Shown: piece after piece, positions 49,791-62,350 of the stretch
Layout: every line of letters begins with the position of its first letter
How positions within the stretch are numbered: position 1 is the stretch's first letter
Source: Octopus sinensis
Lineage: Eukaryota
Direction: 5' to 3'
NCBI RefSeq assembly: GCF_006345805.1
Contig: NC_043008.1
Span: 6,510,001-6,574,000, forward strand
Length of the DNA: 64,000 nucleotides
Program-made: the position numbers and the translations under genes
The notes under the pieces: generated by a model
The model's input: the letters and a program-made list of their open reading frames with translations, nothing else
The model's database searches: none
What the model was told of the DNA's origin: nothing

Positions 49791-50911
49791 CACGACTCCA
49801 CCATATCTCTAACAGGGTGGCTAAATGGGTTCCATGTCTTTTTAAAAGGCAACCCATAACTATGCAGGGTGCGGTTGTTACTCCATGAAGTATTTTCAAA
49901 ATACTCGCGTACCCTATTTTAGATATTAAATATCCCTAAATGGAGTTTTTGTATATTAATTGCATCGATAATCTCAAGTAATTTAAGTTTTTCAACTCTT
50001 TATGTAATATATACGACAGACCCGTTCTCTTTTGTTCTTGAAGTCTACAAAATGTCATCCAATGTCAGGGAGCAAGAAGATGTTTAGCAGCGACTATAAT
50101 TACTTACGTCTCAGACTCATTTTATATATTTTAACTGTTTTTGCTTCGTAATTATCTCTCCTACTTCCCTTATAATAAAGGGACTCTCTCTCTCTCTCTC
50201 TCTGTTTTATTCCAAATCTCCCTTTAATCATTTCCTCCCTGTTTCTGTTTTTCCTATGAAGTGTGACATTAATAATGAAACTTTGGTTTTCATGTCTGTA
50301 TTATTTTGAAAGATAGAAACTTGTGACCATCAACTTCTTTCACAATGGACACGTTGTTGTTGTTGTTGTTATTGCTGATAACGAGATAGTATTTGTTTGT
50401 GATGCTTCAACGATACTAGTAGTAGTAATAGTAGTAGTAGTTTGAGGCGTAAGAGGAGGTTTGTTTGAACTTTGCTACTGGTTTTATGTCAGTCACTGCT
50501 TATGTGATAAGAGAACCTGGCAGTTTGCCCAATGTAAATTAATTTCGATTACACAGCTAGCAGAGTCGGTTGTTTTTATCTTAATGATGTTCTTGACCCT
50601 TATTGTGCCAGACTAGACTTCACAAAACATTATTAGAAGTTAGTCACTAGACAACAGTTTCCTATTTGCTTTATTTCTTAGATTTTTGAGATAGGTATGT
50701 AGGTAAGTTAGAAAATGTTATTACTAACCAATTATTCTTACTATTTCAGTCACTGAGAGAGAAGAGTTTTATTGGTTTATCTTAAATGGGTTGGTCGGGA
50801 AGGACAACAAGTGTTAATTTATAGTGGACACTGACTGTAAAAGGAAAAACTTTATCCCAAATGGCTAATTATGTAATCTAATTTTTGTCTACATTCGAAA
50901 TGATTTAATTT

Positions 50912-51232
50912 AGTTTGCATAATTAATGTCTTTGAGAAAATTATCAACCTGACAATTCTGAATTCTCCTTTCTTAATTTTATTTCATCTAAAATGACGTT
51001 CTTCATATGTAACAAGTTGGCCATATACGATAGTCACAAACTCTGCCTTGACTCTAACCAGATGTCAGGAGTTTGCATGATTAATGTCTTTGAGAAAATT
51101 ACCAAACTGAAAACACTGAAAATTCCTCCTTCCCTATTTTATATAATATAAAATGACATTCTTCATAACAAACAACCTGACTATATAAAGTAGTCACAGA
51201 CTCAGCCTTGTCCCTGTATACAGATATCAGGA
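50912..51232. repeat. Diverged 158-bp tandem duplication
   Basis: AGTTTGCAT.ATTAATGTCTTTGAGAAAATT at 50912 and 51070; both units end near CAGAT.TCAGGA. Confidence 0.8.
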
Positions 51233-51261
51233 CAATGTTCTATATATTGTATCTGTGATCC

Positions 51262-51627
51262 TGGAGGCGCAATGGCACAGTGGCTAAGGCAGCAGGTACA
51301 TGGTTGTAGGATCGGGGTTTCGATTCCCAGACTGGGCTTTGCAAGTGTTTATTGAACGAAAACCACTCAAGCTCCACGCGGATCTGGCAGGGGGTGGGGT
51401 GGTGAACCCTGCTGTACTTTTTCACCACAATTTTCTCTCACTCTTTCTTCCTTTTTCTGTTGTACCTGTATTTTCAAAGGGCCACCCTTGTCATACTCAG
51501 TGTCACGCTGAATCTCCCCAAGAACTACGTTAAGGGTACACTTGTCTGTGGAGTGCTCAGCCACTCACACGTTAATTTCATGAGCAGGCTGTTCCATTGA
51601 TCGGATCAACTGGAACCCTCAGAGGGC

Positions 51628-51658
<31 letters not shown>

Positions 51659-51941
51659 TGTGAAGGTGCGTAGCTGTGAGTTCAATTCCCAGCAACGCAT
51701 TGTATTCTTGAGCAAGACACTTTATTCCACGTTGCTCCAGTCTACTCAGCTGGCAAAAATGAGTAGTATACGTAATTCAAAGGGTCAGCCTTGTCACACT
51801 GAATCTCCCCGAGAACTACGTTATGGGTACACATTTGACTGTGGAGTGCTCAGCCACTTGCACATTAATTTCACGAGCAGGCTGTTCCATTGATCGGATC
51901 AACTGGAACCCTCGTCGTCTTAACTGATGGAGAAAGAAATG
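51262..51941 (+). mobile_element. Two family C/D SINEs in tandem inside one TSD
   Basis: 51262-51632 and 51660-51941; ATCTGTGATCC at 51251-61 and 51942-52. Confidence 0.85.
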
Positions 51942-52087
51942 ATCTGTGATCCACTTTACTAAAAGATATGTGTGACCACTGTCATGTCTGATCATTAGTA
52001 AATGACCACTGTTGTTGTTTATGTTTGAGATTGGTCAGTGTTGTTGGTCAATGATTTGGAGGTTACATTAATATATGTTAATAAACC

Positions 52088-52245
52088 ACTTGACAACCGG
52101 TGTTGGTGTGTTTATGTCCCTGTGCCTTAGCAGTTCAGCAAAAAAGATGAATAGAATAAGTACTGGGGATCAATTCAGTTGACAAAAATTCTTCAATGTG
52201 GTGCCCCAGCATGGCCACAGTCTAATGACTGAAGCAAGTTAAAGA
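52088..52245 (+). mobile_element. Family B SINE, 3' half
   Basis: CTTGACAACCGGTGTTGGTGTG...CCAGCATGGCCACAGTC. Confidence 0.75.
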
Positions 52246-52424
52246 TAGATAATCAAAGATAGTGGTGAATGGTTAGAAGACAGGGCAGCAGAAAGACTAT
52301 ATCTGTCTGTGTGTCCTCATGATGACACATCTTGCAAATAGATTTTTCTAGGCAACCATCCAAAGAAACTGGTTGACACATTTCTCTCTGTAGTTGACAA
52401 TTTTGACAGCTTTTTGCCACAAGA

Positions 52425-53118
<694 letters not shown>

Positions 53119-53806
53119 TAAATTATATAAAAGATGAAGTTAACTCATGACTATTCCTCCTCTTTTGTACCAAATGAGTGAAATAAATCTAAATATATAT
53201 TCAAGAATTTCATAATGAAATAAATATGTCAATTGTTTTTTTTTTATTACATTTTCTTCCAATTTCTTTATGCTGGTTTGGCAACACTGACATTTGAAGG
53301 CACAACAACAAAATGATATAAAATAAGATAGGAAGACACAAAGAAAAAAAGCACAAGATGTCTACAAATCTTCGGGTATGTATATTTATATGGATAAACA
53401 GAAATAGCTAAAGCAATTCACTTAATGTTTTCTAAGTAATAAAGATATGCATAGGGTAATACACAGACACACACAACACATGTAGCAGTGTGCATGTGTA
53501 CATGTTCTTTTCTACCCTGAAATATGTTTATGTAAAGTGACAAGGGCATCGTCTGTCTAACGGAGCCATCTGTCTCAGATCTATCGACTAGAGAAGAGAT
53601 TCTTAGTACAAAGTCAGGATTTTAGCTAAATGAAAATTCGAAGTCACATGCAAGCAGATGATGTTTATGTTCCTCAAAGAAGAAGCTAAGTGTTTCCTGA
53701 GACTGAAGGGATGTAGCAAATATCAAGATCGATATGTGCTACTGGCTTCTTGTATAGCAACACAACATCATTACTTGACAAATATAAACAAACACCAGTA
53801 TATATA

Positions 53807-53854
<48 letters not shown>

Positions 53855-53862
53855 ATCCAAAC

Positions 53863-54030
53863 ATGAAAACACAAACAGAAACACAACAATGCCAGGATGT
53901 GGAACAAGTATAGTGTTATTGGATGCTCAGGAAAGGAAAGAAAGAAGAAGGATTTAACGTTTTGAGCGGAGCTCTTCGTCAGAAACATTGAAAAAGGTAA
54001 GATCCAAGGAAACACACACACACGAAGGCA
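53863..54030 (-). mobile_element. Penelope-like terminal-repeat relic adjoining (TA)n
   Basis: Contains a minimal hammerhead-like motif (next feature); family assignment is inference. Confidence 0.5.
53952..53986 (-). ncRNA. Degenerate minimal type I hammerhead ribozyme motif
   Basis: GUUU-CUGACGA-A-GAGC-UCC-GCUC-AAAA-CG-U-U-AAAU. G12 is replaced by A, so this copy is probably inactive. Confidence 0.5.
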
Positions 54031-54296
54031 CCACATGAGAACCTACATAGCTAAAAATAGAAGTCAAAAATACTTCTGTACCACAGAATGGTCACAAATC
54101 TACTATAGGCATGGTAGGAAAAAATTCCAGTAAACATTAAAAATGTCTTACCTCTGCTAGGTCAGTACAAGCAATTCTGGTCAACTTGGAACCCGGTTTT
54201 GAAATTAGCCCCAAATAGGTGCCTGTTTCTCATCAACAAAAGTCTGCTAGCTTATTACTACTAAAATTTCCCTCAACATGCATCATCATCATCATC

Positions 54297-54588
54297 ATCA
54301 TTCGGGGTCGATTAAATAAGTACCAGTTATGCACTGGGGTTGATGTAATCAACTTAATATGTTTGTCTGTCCTTGTTTGTCCCCTCTATGTTTAGCCCCT
54401 TGTGGGTAGTAAAGAAATAGGTATTTCATCTGTCTTTACATTCTGAGTTCAAATTCCGCCTAGGTTGACTTTGCCTTTTATCCTTTTGGGGGTCGATAAA
54501 TTAAGTGCAGTTGCATACTGGGGTCGATCTAATTGACTACCCACCTCCCTCCAAATTTCGGGCCTTGTACCTAGAGTAGAAAAGAATA
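54297..54588 (+). mobile_element. Family A SINE bodies in tandem
   Basis: Junction AAAGAAATA|GGTATTTC at 54419/54420; the second unit ends with the variant CCTAGAGTAGAAAAGAATA 3' end. Confidence 0.85.
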
Positions 54589-55291
54589 TGTAGGTAGGTT
54601 CTGCTGAACAAATAACTGTGAAGCAGATTGAACATCTCCAAACCCATCAACTTTTAAGTGTGTACACAATTGTGTGTGTTCATATGTGTGTTCATATGTG
54701 TTCATATGTGTGTAGTAATTAAAAATGCTGCAGGAAAAATAATTTAGCAAAAATACAGAAAAAAATAAATACTTATTTTTGTAAGGCTATTAAAAATGTT
54801 TTAAAGTCCTTAATAAATCAAATTTATTTTTGGATTAAAATTTTTAATTTTTTCCAAGAAACATAAAAATCAGAGCTGTTATAGGAATAAATAATTCACC
54901 ATTTCTAGAACAAAATATTTTCAAAATTCTTTTATTTATTAATTTATTAAAGTGTACAAATTAAGAAGCTGTGGTTTCTAACATTGTCCAATACCACAAA
55001 TTTAAGTGGGAAGTTGTTTTTTTTCATTTAGTTAATTTCAGTATTCACTAATTATTTAAACAAGTTGGAGTGATGAGTATAAATGTCAGCACTCACAGGA
55101 GTTGAGCTCAGAATATGAAGAGACAGAACAAATTTGGCCAAGACATAGTGCCTTGGATTCTATGAATTTAGCCACTTCTTCACATTTCAATGAATTAACA
55201 ATAATAGCTTATATAGGCACAAGGCCAAAAGTTGAGGTGGAATGGTCAATTAATCAGGCCCAGTACTTGACTGGAATATCATTTGACTAAC

Positions 55292-55451
55292 CAGGTTTGG
55301 CTGCGTGGTAAGAAGCTTACTTTCTAAACCACATGGCTTCAGGTTCAGTGCCACTGTGTGGCACCTTGGGCAAGTGTCTTCTACTATAGCATCGGGCCAC
55401 CCAAAGCCTTGTGAGCAGATTTGGTAGATGATAACTAAAGGAAGCCCTTCT

Positions 55452-55510
<59 letters not shown>
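55292..55510 (+). mobile_element. Family B SINE 5' half (3' half at 57180-57378)
   Basis: Head, box B and CORE-like motif, then a TA/CA tract interrupted by the mariner. Confidence 0.8.
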
Positions 55511-55521
<11 letters not shown>

Positions 55522-55538
55522 GTTTATAGATATACATA

Positions 55539-56816
55539 TTAGGTAATCCCTTAAAATAATGCAATTTTTTAATACTTTTATTTTTCAAAATTAAGATAGA
55601 TAAATTTCTTTTTTAATCTAAAATATACTCTCCTTCATTTTCTACAAAGCTCTTCCAGCTATCTGCTAGACTTGCAAGGCCCCTCTTCCAAAATTCACTT
55701 ATCCGTGATGAAAAGTACTCCTCCAGTGCTGTTCTGATCTTGTCTATAGAATTCATATATTTTCCATCCCAATGATTTTGAAGACTGTGGAATAAATGAT
55801 AATCAGATGGGGCAACGTCTGGTGAATTATGGTGGGTGGGGCATCGTTTCCCATTCAAACTGCTCCAGCCTTTGGAATGTCATCCTTGCTGTATGTGGCC
55901 AAGCATTATCATACGGAAAGAACACCTTTTGTCTTGAAACCAAAGATGGCCGTTTTCCTTCTAGTGCTGACTTAAGCTGCTTGCAGTAGATTTCCTTTAT
56001 TATCGTTTGGTTAGGATTTAAAAGTTCAAAGTGGACTAAACCTTCCATATCCCAACAAGCAGATAACAACACCTTATGTGGGTGAAGACCTTCTTTAGCC
56101 TGGGGTGCTGGTGTTTCTCCTTTCCCTACCCACAGTCTTTGGCATTTGATATTTTTATAGAGAACCCATTTCTCATCACCAGTCGCTATTTGGTCCAAAA
56201 AAAAGGTTCATTTCTGAGACATTACAGCAAAGAAGAGCACACATTCACACTCTGCATGTGATTAGACTCAGAAAGTTTGTGAGGAACCCATTGACCCAAC
56301 TTGCTGACTTTTCTGATGGCACACAGGTATCAATGAATAGCTGAATGACCAAATCCAAGCTTCTCTGCTAGTTCCTCAACAGTTACGATTGAATTTTGTT
56401 CCTCCATGGTTTGCAGGATGCCCTCATCTATCTCTACAGGTCTACCAGGATGAGGCTCATCTTCTAGGCTGTAGTTTCCAGCTCAGAATTCCTGGAACCA
56501 CCATTGATACTGGCTTACAGTTATTGTCCGATCTCCATATATGGCATTAATATTCCTTGCACTTTCTGTTGTGTTGTTGCTTTTATTAAACTCATAAAGC
56601 AAAATACGCTGAATATGCTCCCTTGTCATTACAGCTTTGAAAAAAAAAAAACTTGTAAAATCAAACTGCACTCTTCAAAACTTGCACTAAGAATAAGTAC
56701 AAGGTAAAATTACTACCAGCTTTTATAGCAAGTTGATGCAGGTAGTTTATCCTGTCCCCCTCCAACTTTTAGTTCATGCAATTGAAAAAAAACACATTAT
56801 TTATGGGGTGACCCAA
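55539..56816 (-). mobile_element. Full-length decayed mariner (Tc1/mariner) DNA transposon
   Basis: 1278 bp between TA dinucleotides (55537-38, 56817-18); imperfect TIRs TTAGGTAATCCCTTAAAATAATG / CATTATTTATGGGGTGACCCAA. Confidence 0.9.
55613..56671 (-). pseudogene. Mariner transposase pseudogene (D,D34D-type)
   Basis: Three ORF pieces: REHIQRILLYEFNK (HTH), IATGDEKWV...KEGLHPHKVLLSACWD...FELL...YDNAWPH, SPDVAPSDYHLFHSLQN. Frameshifted. Confidence 0.9.
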
Positions 56817-57179
56817 TATATATATACATGTATATATATGTGTGTGTGTGGTGTATATATATATATATATATATATGGTAAATGAAAGACAGAAGATGGA
56901 ATAACCAAGAATTTTTATTAATCACGACAGTTGGTTCAACACATCTGGCATAGACCCCTCACAGGTGAGACACTTAACAAATGGTCCAGAAACATCTGGC
57001 AGTGCAGATGTGTCTCATTAGATGATAAATAGATGCAACTTGTTAAAATAACAGTTCCACAAGGTATCTTCCCATTTCATAGCAAAAATGGCAGTACAAT
57101 GAAAGAAATATCTTTATTTATATGGAAGATCAAAAATAAAATCAGAGATGCAACAAAAAAATGAACACGCAATACAGCA

Positions 57180-57378
57180 TCTGTGTTTGTCTCACACGAC
57201 TGCTTGACAACCGGTGTTGGTGTGTTTCTGTCCCTGTAATTTAGCAGTGCAGCAAAATAGACCGATAGAATAAGTACTAGGCTTAAAAAATAAATCTTGG
57301 GGTTGATGTGTTTGACTAAAACCCTTCAAGGCAGTGCCCTAGCATGGCTGCAGCCAAATAACTGAAACAAGTAAAATA
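57180..57378 (+). mobile_element. Family B SINE, 3' half
   Basis: TGCTTGACAACCGGTGTTGG...GCATGGCTGCAGCC..ACTGAAACAAGTAAAA. Confidence 0.8.
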
Positions 57379-57749
57379 TAAAAAATAACCCTAGAAGGAT
57401 GAATGGTAAAGCTGACAATAGGAATATTTGAACTCAGAATCTTTGAGTTATTGTGAAATATTGCATTTGTCAATCATTGAATGGATTAAACTGAATCAAG
57501 CTAATAATTCAAAATAACATTTACGTGACTGGATTTATAAAGAATGGCATTTCACGAATAGAAAGCAACTTATTGCCGGCTTAGTGATTATTTCGTTGGC
57601 TTTGAAGCCAGCAGGATTTTTAGAGAATAGAGATCAATAAACGATTATGAAAGTTCTTTCAATATATCGACCTTCAATTGACTAGCTTCATTTGAACTTC
57701 AAAACCACACAAAATTTCACTATAATGCTACTAATTGTAATTTTGGTTT

Positions 57750-57935
57750 CAAATTTTGACACAAGGTCAGTTATTTTAGGTGAGGAGATAGGTTGATAAC
57801 ATCAAATTATTTCATCAACTGCGAAAGATGAAAGGCAAAGTCTGTCTCAGTGGAATTTGAACTCAGAATGAAAAGATGGTCGAAATGCATCTAAGCATCT
57901 AACCTGGCATGCTAACAGTTCTGCCAGCTTGTTGT
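57750..57935 (-). mobile_element. Decayed family A SINE
   Basis: GATGAAAGGCAAAGTC...GGAATTTGAACTCAGAA...GCATGCTAACAGTTCTGCCAGC. Confidence 0.7.
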
Positions 57936-58006
57936 CTTAATAATAACAACTATAATATTTCTGCTAAAATAATGTGAATATTTACTGGAGTAATAGAATA
58001 TTGTTA

Positions 58007-58338
58007 TGTCAGGGGAGAGTCATTTTCTTTTTGTGCCTTATAATGTAACACATTCACCGGTAAATTTTCCACTTTTTTCTTATTTTTATTGCGTCTTGCA
58101 ACCTTTTCAATAGTTTTGACTCTCATAACTACTCAAAACAGAGAGTCAAAACTATTGAAAAGGTTGCAACACGCAACGAAAATTTTAGGACAATAAAAAT
58201 ACGAAAAAGTGGAAATTTTACTGGTGAGTGTGTTAAATAATAAGGCACAAAAAGAAAATGACTCTCCCCAGACACAACAGAATATGCTTCAATACACGAA
58301 CTCATATAAAGAATCTTGCAAACCAAATCCCAAAATGA
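58007..58338 (+). mobile_element. Fold-back retroelement (Penelope-like), copy 2
   Basis: Inverted arms ~58007-58123 / 58142-58272; 15-bp direct repeat AATAGAATATTGTTA at 57992-58006 and 58339-58353. Confidence 0.6.
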
Positions 58339-58414
58339 AATAGAATATTGTTAGTTCGACATTAACAGAGATTTAATGGTGAGACAAAGGCCCACAGCAA
58401 ACAGTAAGAAGAAG

Positions 58415-58457
58415 GATCATCTGTGCCTGTGCATATATATATATATTTATATATATA

Positions 58458-58502
<45 letters not shown>

Positions 58503-58515
58503 ATATATAATATAT

Positions 58516-58549
<34 letters not shown>

Positions 58550-58572
58550 AATATACATATATATATATATAC
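58415..58572. repeat. (TA)n-rich tract
   Basis: Direct inspection. Confidence 0.95.
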
Positions 58573-58776
58573 TGTCTTCAAAAATGTTTTTTTCGTCTCT
58601 GTTGCATTGCATTCTTTCCTTCTGGGTTGGCCGATCAGAGCGGATCTCAGAATTAAACAGCCGAAATCTGCGATGAGGAATCGGTTTCTGACTGAAGAAC
58701 GAAGGCTTTGAATGACCCGTCTGTCTCTTATGTTCGTCCCTTCGTGTATTTCACGTTATTTATTTATGTAAAGGTT

Positions 58777-58831
<55 letters not shown>

Positions 58832-59354
58832 GCTAAAAATAACCCTTACAAGTCATGAGATAAGGAAAAATATTAATTAAAAGAGAATACACTATTCCTT
58901 TTATATTGCAGTTAATTAATTCCAAAGTACGTTATTACGTTCATTCCATTTCCAAATACAATAGTATGTATTCGAAAAGAGATTATCACAATCAAATTAT
59001 TTCAAACTACATTATTTTATATTCAAAAATATCGTATCATATCCAAAATACATTTCAACAATCAAATCATTTCAATATTTCGTATTTCAAAGTACATTTT
59101 CAAATTGAAATCATTTCAAAATGAATTTATCACTTCAAAGCACATAATTACAAAAGCAAGTAATTAAATATTCCGAAATACATAATTACAAACCTGTATT
59201 ACTTCTTATGAAAGTTACCCATTGCAACGTATGTTTAAAATGGCTACACCTATTTGTCAACAGTGAGAAATTTTCTCTGTGACAAAATACAGAAATGGCT
59301 TTCTAATGGGTTCAAATATACCTCAGATGCATTTGAACTGGTTTCAAGTTTGTA

Positions 59355-59723
59355 TTTGTGGAGGCACGTGGCTTAGTGGTTAGGGTGTCAGTATCATGAT
59401 TGTAAGATTGCGTGGTTTCGATTCCTAGACTGGGCAACGCGTTGTGTTCTTGAGCAAAACAGTTCATTTTATGTTGCTCCAGTCCACTCAGCTGGCAAAA
59501 ATGAGTAACACTGCAATGGACTGGCATCCCGTCCAGCTGGGGAACATATACGCCACTGAAATCGGGAAACCGGGCCCATGAGTCTGGCTAGGCTTTAAAA
59601 GGGTGCACTGCAATGGACTGGTGTCCTGTCCAGCTGGGGTGGAGGAACACATATGCCACAGAAGCCGGGAAACCAGGATCATGAGCCTAGCTAGGCTTGA
59701 TAAGGGCGACGTTTTTGTTTTTA
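59355..59723 (+). mobile_element. Family D/V SINE with duplicated 3' module
   Basis: CACTGCAATGGACTGG occurs twice; 11-bp TSD TCAAGTTTGTA (59344-54 / 59724-34). Confidence 0.85.
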
Positions 59724-61619
59724 TCAAGTTTGTAATTATGCACATCGCTGCTCAATACTGTCACCCTGTATTTTATTTATGTTGAGTCACGGATTCGTGC
59801 AACGAGTCATTGAAGGACGATGGCAATATCATAAAAGAGACCTGCCTCTTGTGTCAGTGTGCAATGCCTCTCTTTCTAGTCTTTGTGGTTGAAAAGGAGA
59901 CAACCACTCTGAAATGCATGCATCCCACAACCAGGTTTGTATCACCGCTTAGTGCCATCTCAATAATGAAACGTACGTAGGAACAAATGATATAAACTTG
60001 TGTTTATCGTAATTACTCATAGATTTTATCTATTTATTTGAATCAGTGTCTCCATATCTGCTCACTTGTATTCCTGTTATAGCCACTCTGACTTGGTCCC
60101 CGTTAAATGTATCAGAATTTAAGTTCAAATCATTTGAACGCTGCTAAGTGTTTTCTACATTGAGATTCCCTCGATCTCATCTGTTCATACATTGTTTCAC
60201 TCTCTCTCTCTCCTCTCTTTCACCTCACCCTCTCTCTCTGTTTAATGTCTCTCAAAGTTTCTAAAGTTTTATGTCATTATAAATAATATGTAAAACAAAC
60301 AGAGGAATGAAAATATTAATATATCACATTTATTATCTAGTTACGATTGTTTTAATAATAGGTGGGGTGAATAAATCATGCTAAATGCTGGAATAATTAT
60401 ACAGCTTGATCCAATCTTTACTGAAAGCCAACTGGCCATTTCCTCAAAACCTTCAAATGGTGCAATACACTTGTATGTGGAAAGTCGTGGTTGTGAATGA
60501 AAGCAAGAATTTGGTAGAAGCAAAGAGGCATGTTTTTAAATTTGCGCAGCAATAAGTACAGAGAGCCATAACTAGGTCAGATGTAACATCAAAGAGGCAA
60601 GGATGACTAGAGAGAGGAAGAAGGAGGTAACAGAGAAAGAAAAGAAGGAAGGAAAATATAAGGAAAGGATTATGAAGAACTGAAAGACAAAAGAAAAGAG
60701 AGGTAGAAGTAAAGTCATACGGCGAAATGGAATGATTAATGCCCATGAAATACTAAGTCAAGCAATAAAATAACAATAAAAAATAATAAAATTACTACAA
60801 TATACAAAATCAGTAAATAGTTACACAACAAAGTTAAAAATCGAAATGGGAACCATTTAGATAAACAGATTAATAATATTCCAGAAAGTGGTGGAAACCT
60901 TTACAGAGGAAAAATGCTTGTAGGATGATAAGCATGGAGAGATTAGAGACCAATAATAATAACAGACAGAATTGAAATGCAATCGATAGAAATGTATAAC
61001 TAATTTATGATTTCCTATAATATTTGTTAGCTAAATGGAACCTTGAAAACGTTTTATTAAATTGGCGTGAACAACGTATCAACAACTCATTATGCTTATC
61101 AATTAGTCTAGACTTACATATTGGGATTTCAAGTGCCTCCTTGCAATGTAAATTGCAACTACATCTACTTCAATTTATATGGAAATGCTATCCATGTAAT
61201 TGACTACAAATTAGAGTAAATAATATTTCTATCTGTTTAATGAAATGTGCAAATTTTACTGAAAGAATGCATGTGATTACTGTGCCTTGATTTGAATGTT
61301 GACTCTGTGACACTGAGGTACCAGTGTACTTTAATGGATGTCTGGATGGAATGATTGCATGCTATATTTAATCGCACAGGTTTCTTAAAGGAGAGTTATA
61401 TCAGTACCTGCAGTTACACATAATATCAGGTTTACCATGTAGCAGATATACAGTACTGTTATAAGAGGAATTGATATAATAGTACTTTCAATAACCAGTG
61501 CCTCCACAACATAAATCTGTCCCTGCTCCTCTCATCATACCATAATCTCAATAACCTTGCAGAAAGCAACCACCGTCACCTATCCACCTTCTCAGTCAAG
61601 GTGACTTGTCAGCCTTCTT

Positions 61620-61820
61620 AGTCAGGTGACCAGATAAGCAGTGGTGCCATAAAAAAGAAGCACCTACGAAATTCTATAAAGCGGCTTGTATTAGGAAGGG
61701 CATCCAGTCATGTCAAGGAAATGTTACTGAAACTCAGACAGTGCAGCATGATGTTGTTCCCTGACTTGTTGAACCTGTTGGAACATTCAATCCATGTTGC
61801 CATTGAAAGCATTGAGAAAG
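61620..61820 (+). mobile_element. Decayed family E module
   Basis: TTAGGAAGGGCATCCAG ... CAATCCATGTTGCCATTGAAAGC. Confidence 0.5.
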
Positions 61821-61885
61821 GCTGTTGCAATGTTGCTGATATAAATATACAGAGAGAGAGAGAGAGATACATGGATATATATCTA

Positions 61886-61986
<101 letters not shown>

Positions 61987-62031
61987 GTGAGGGTGATCCC
62001 CTTCGGCTTGACATCAGTGTGACATTGCAAT

Positions 62032-62174
62032 TCATTTTTACAGTCGAGTGAACTGGTGCAACATGAAATAAAGTGTCTTGCTCAAGAACATAATATGCAG
62101 CCTGGTCCGGGAATCGAACTCACAACCTCATGATTGTAAGCTCAATTCTCTGACTACTGAGCCATGCGCCTTCA
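62032..62174 (-). mobile_element. Family D SINE head
   Basis: GTGTCTTGCTCAAGAACA...GGGAATCGAACTCAC...GCCATGCGCCTTCAC. Confidence 0.8.
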
Positions 62175-62212
62175 CTACAAAGTGGGTATATATATATGTG
62201 TGTGTGTGTGTG

Positions 62213-62350
62213 TCTCCTACCCTGATGTAATCTCCAGGGATACTAGCATCCAGCAACAGGACCTCCGCAATGCCATGATGGACCATGAAGTTTGGCGTAG
62301 CACGGTAAATTCCATTGTCTCAACCACAGTCGAACAATGATGATGATGAT
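62213..62350 (+). mobile_element. 5'-truncated RTE LINE 3' end
   Basis: Same family as 5827-6012 (SYPDVISRDT...STTVEQ* plus (GAT)n). Confidence 0.8.

Noticed and set aside
58692-58725. Hammerhead-like CUGAAGA...GAAU GACCC GUC
   Set aside because: Stem II and stem I do not pair and GAAA is GAAU; at most a very decayed relic.
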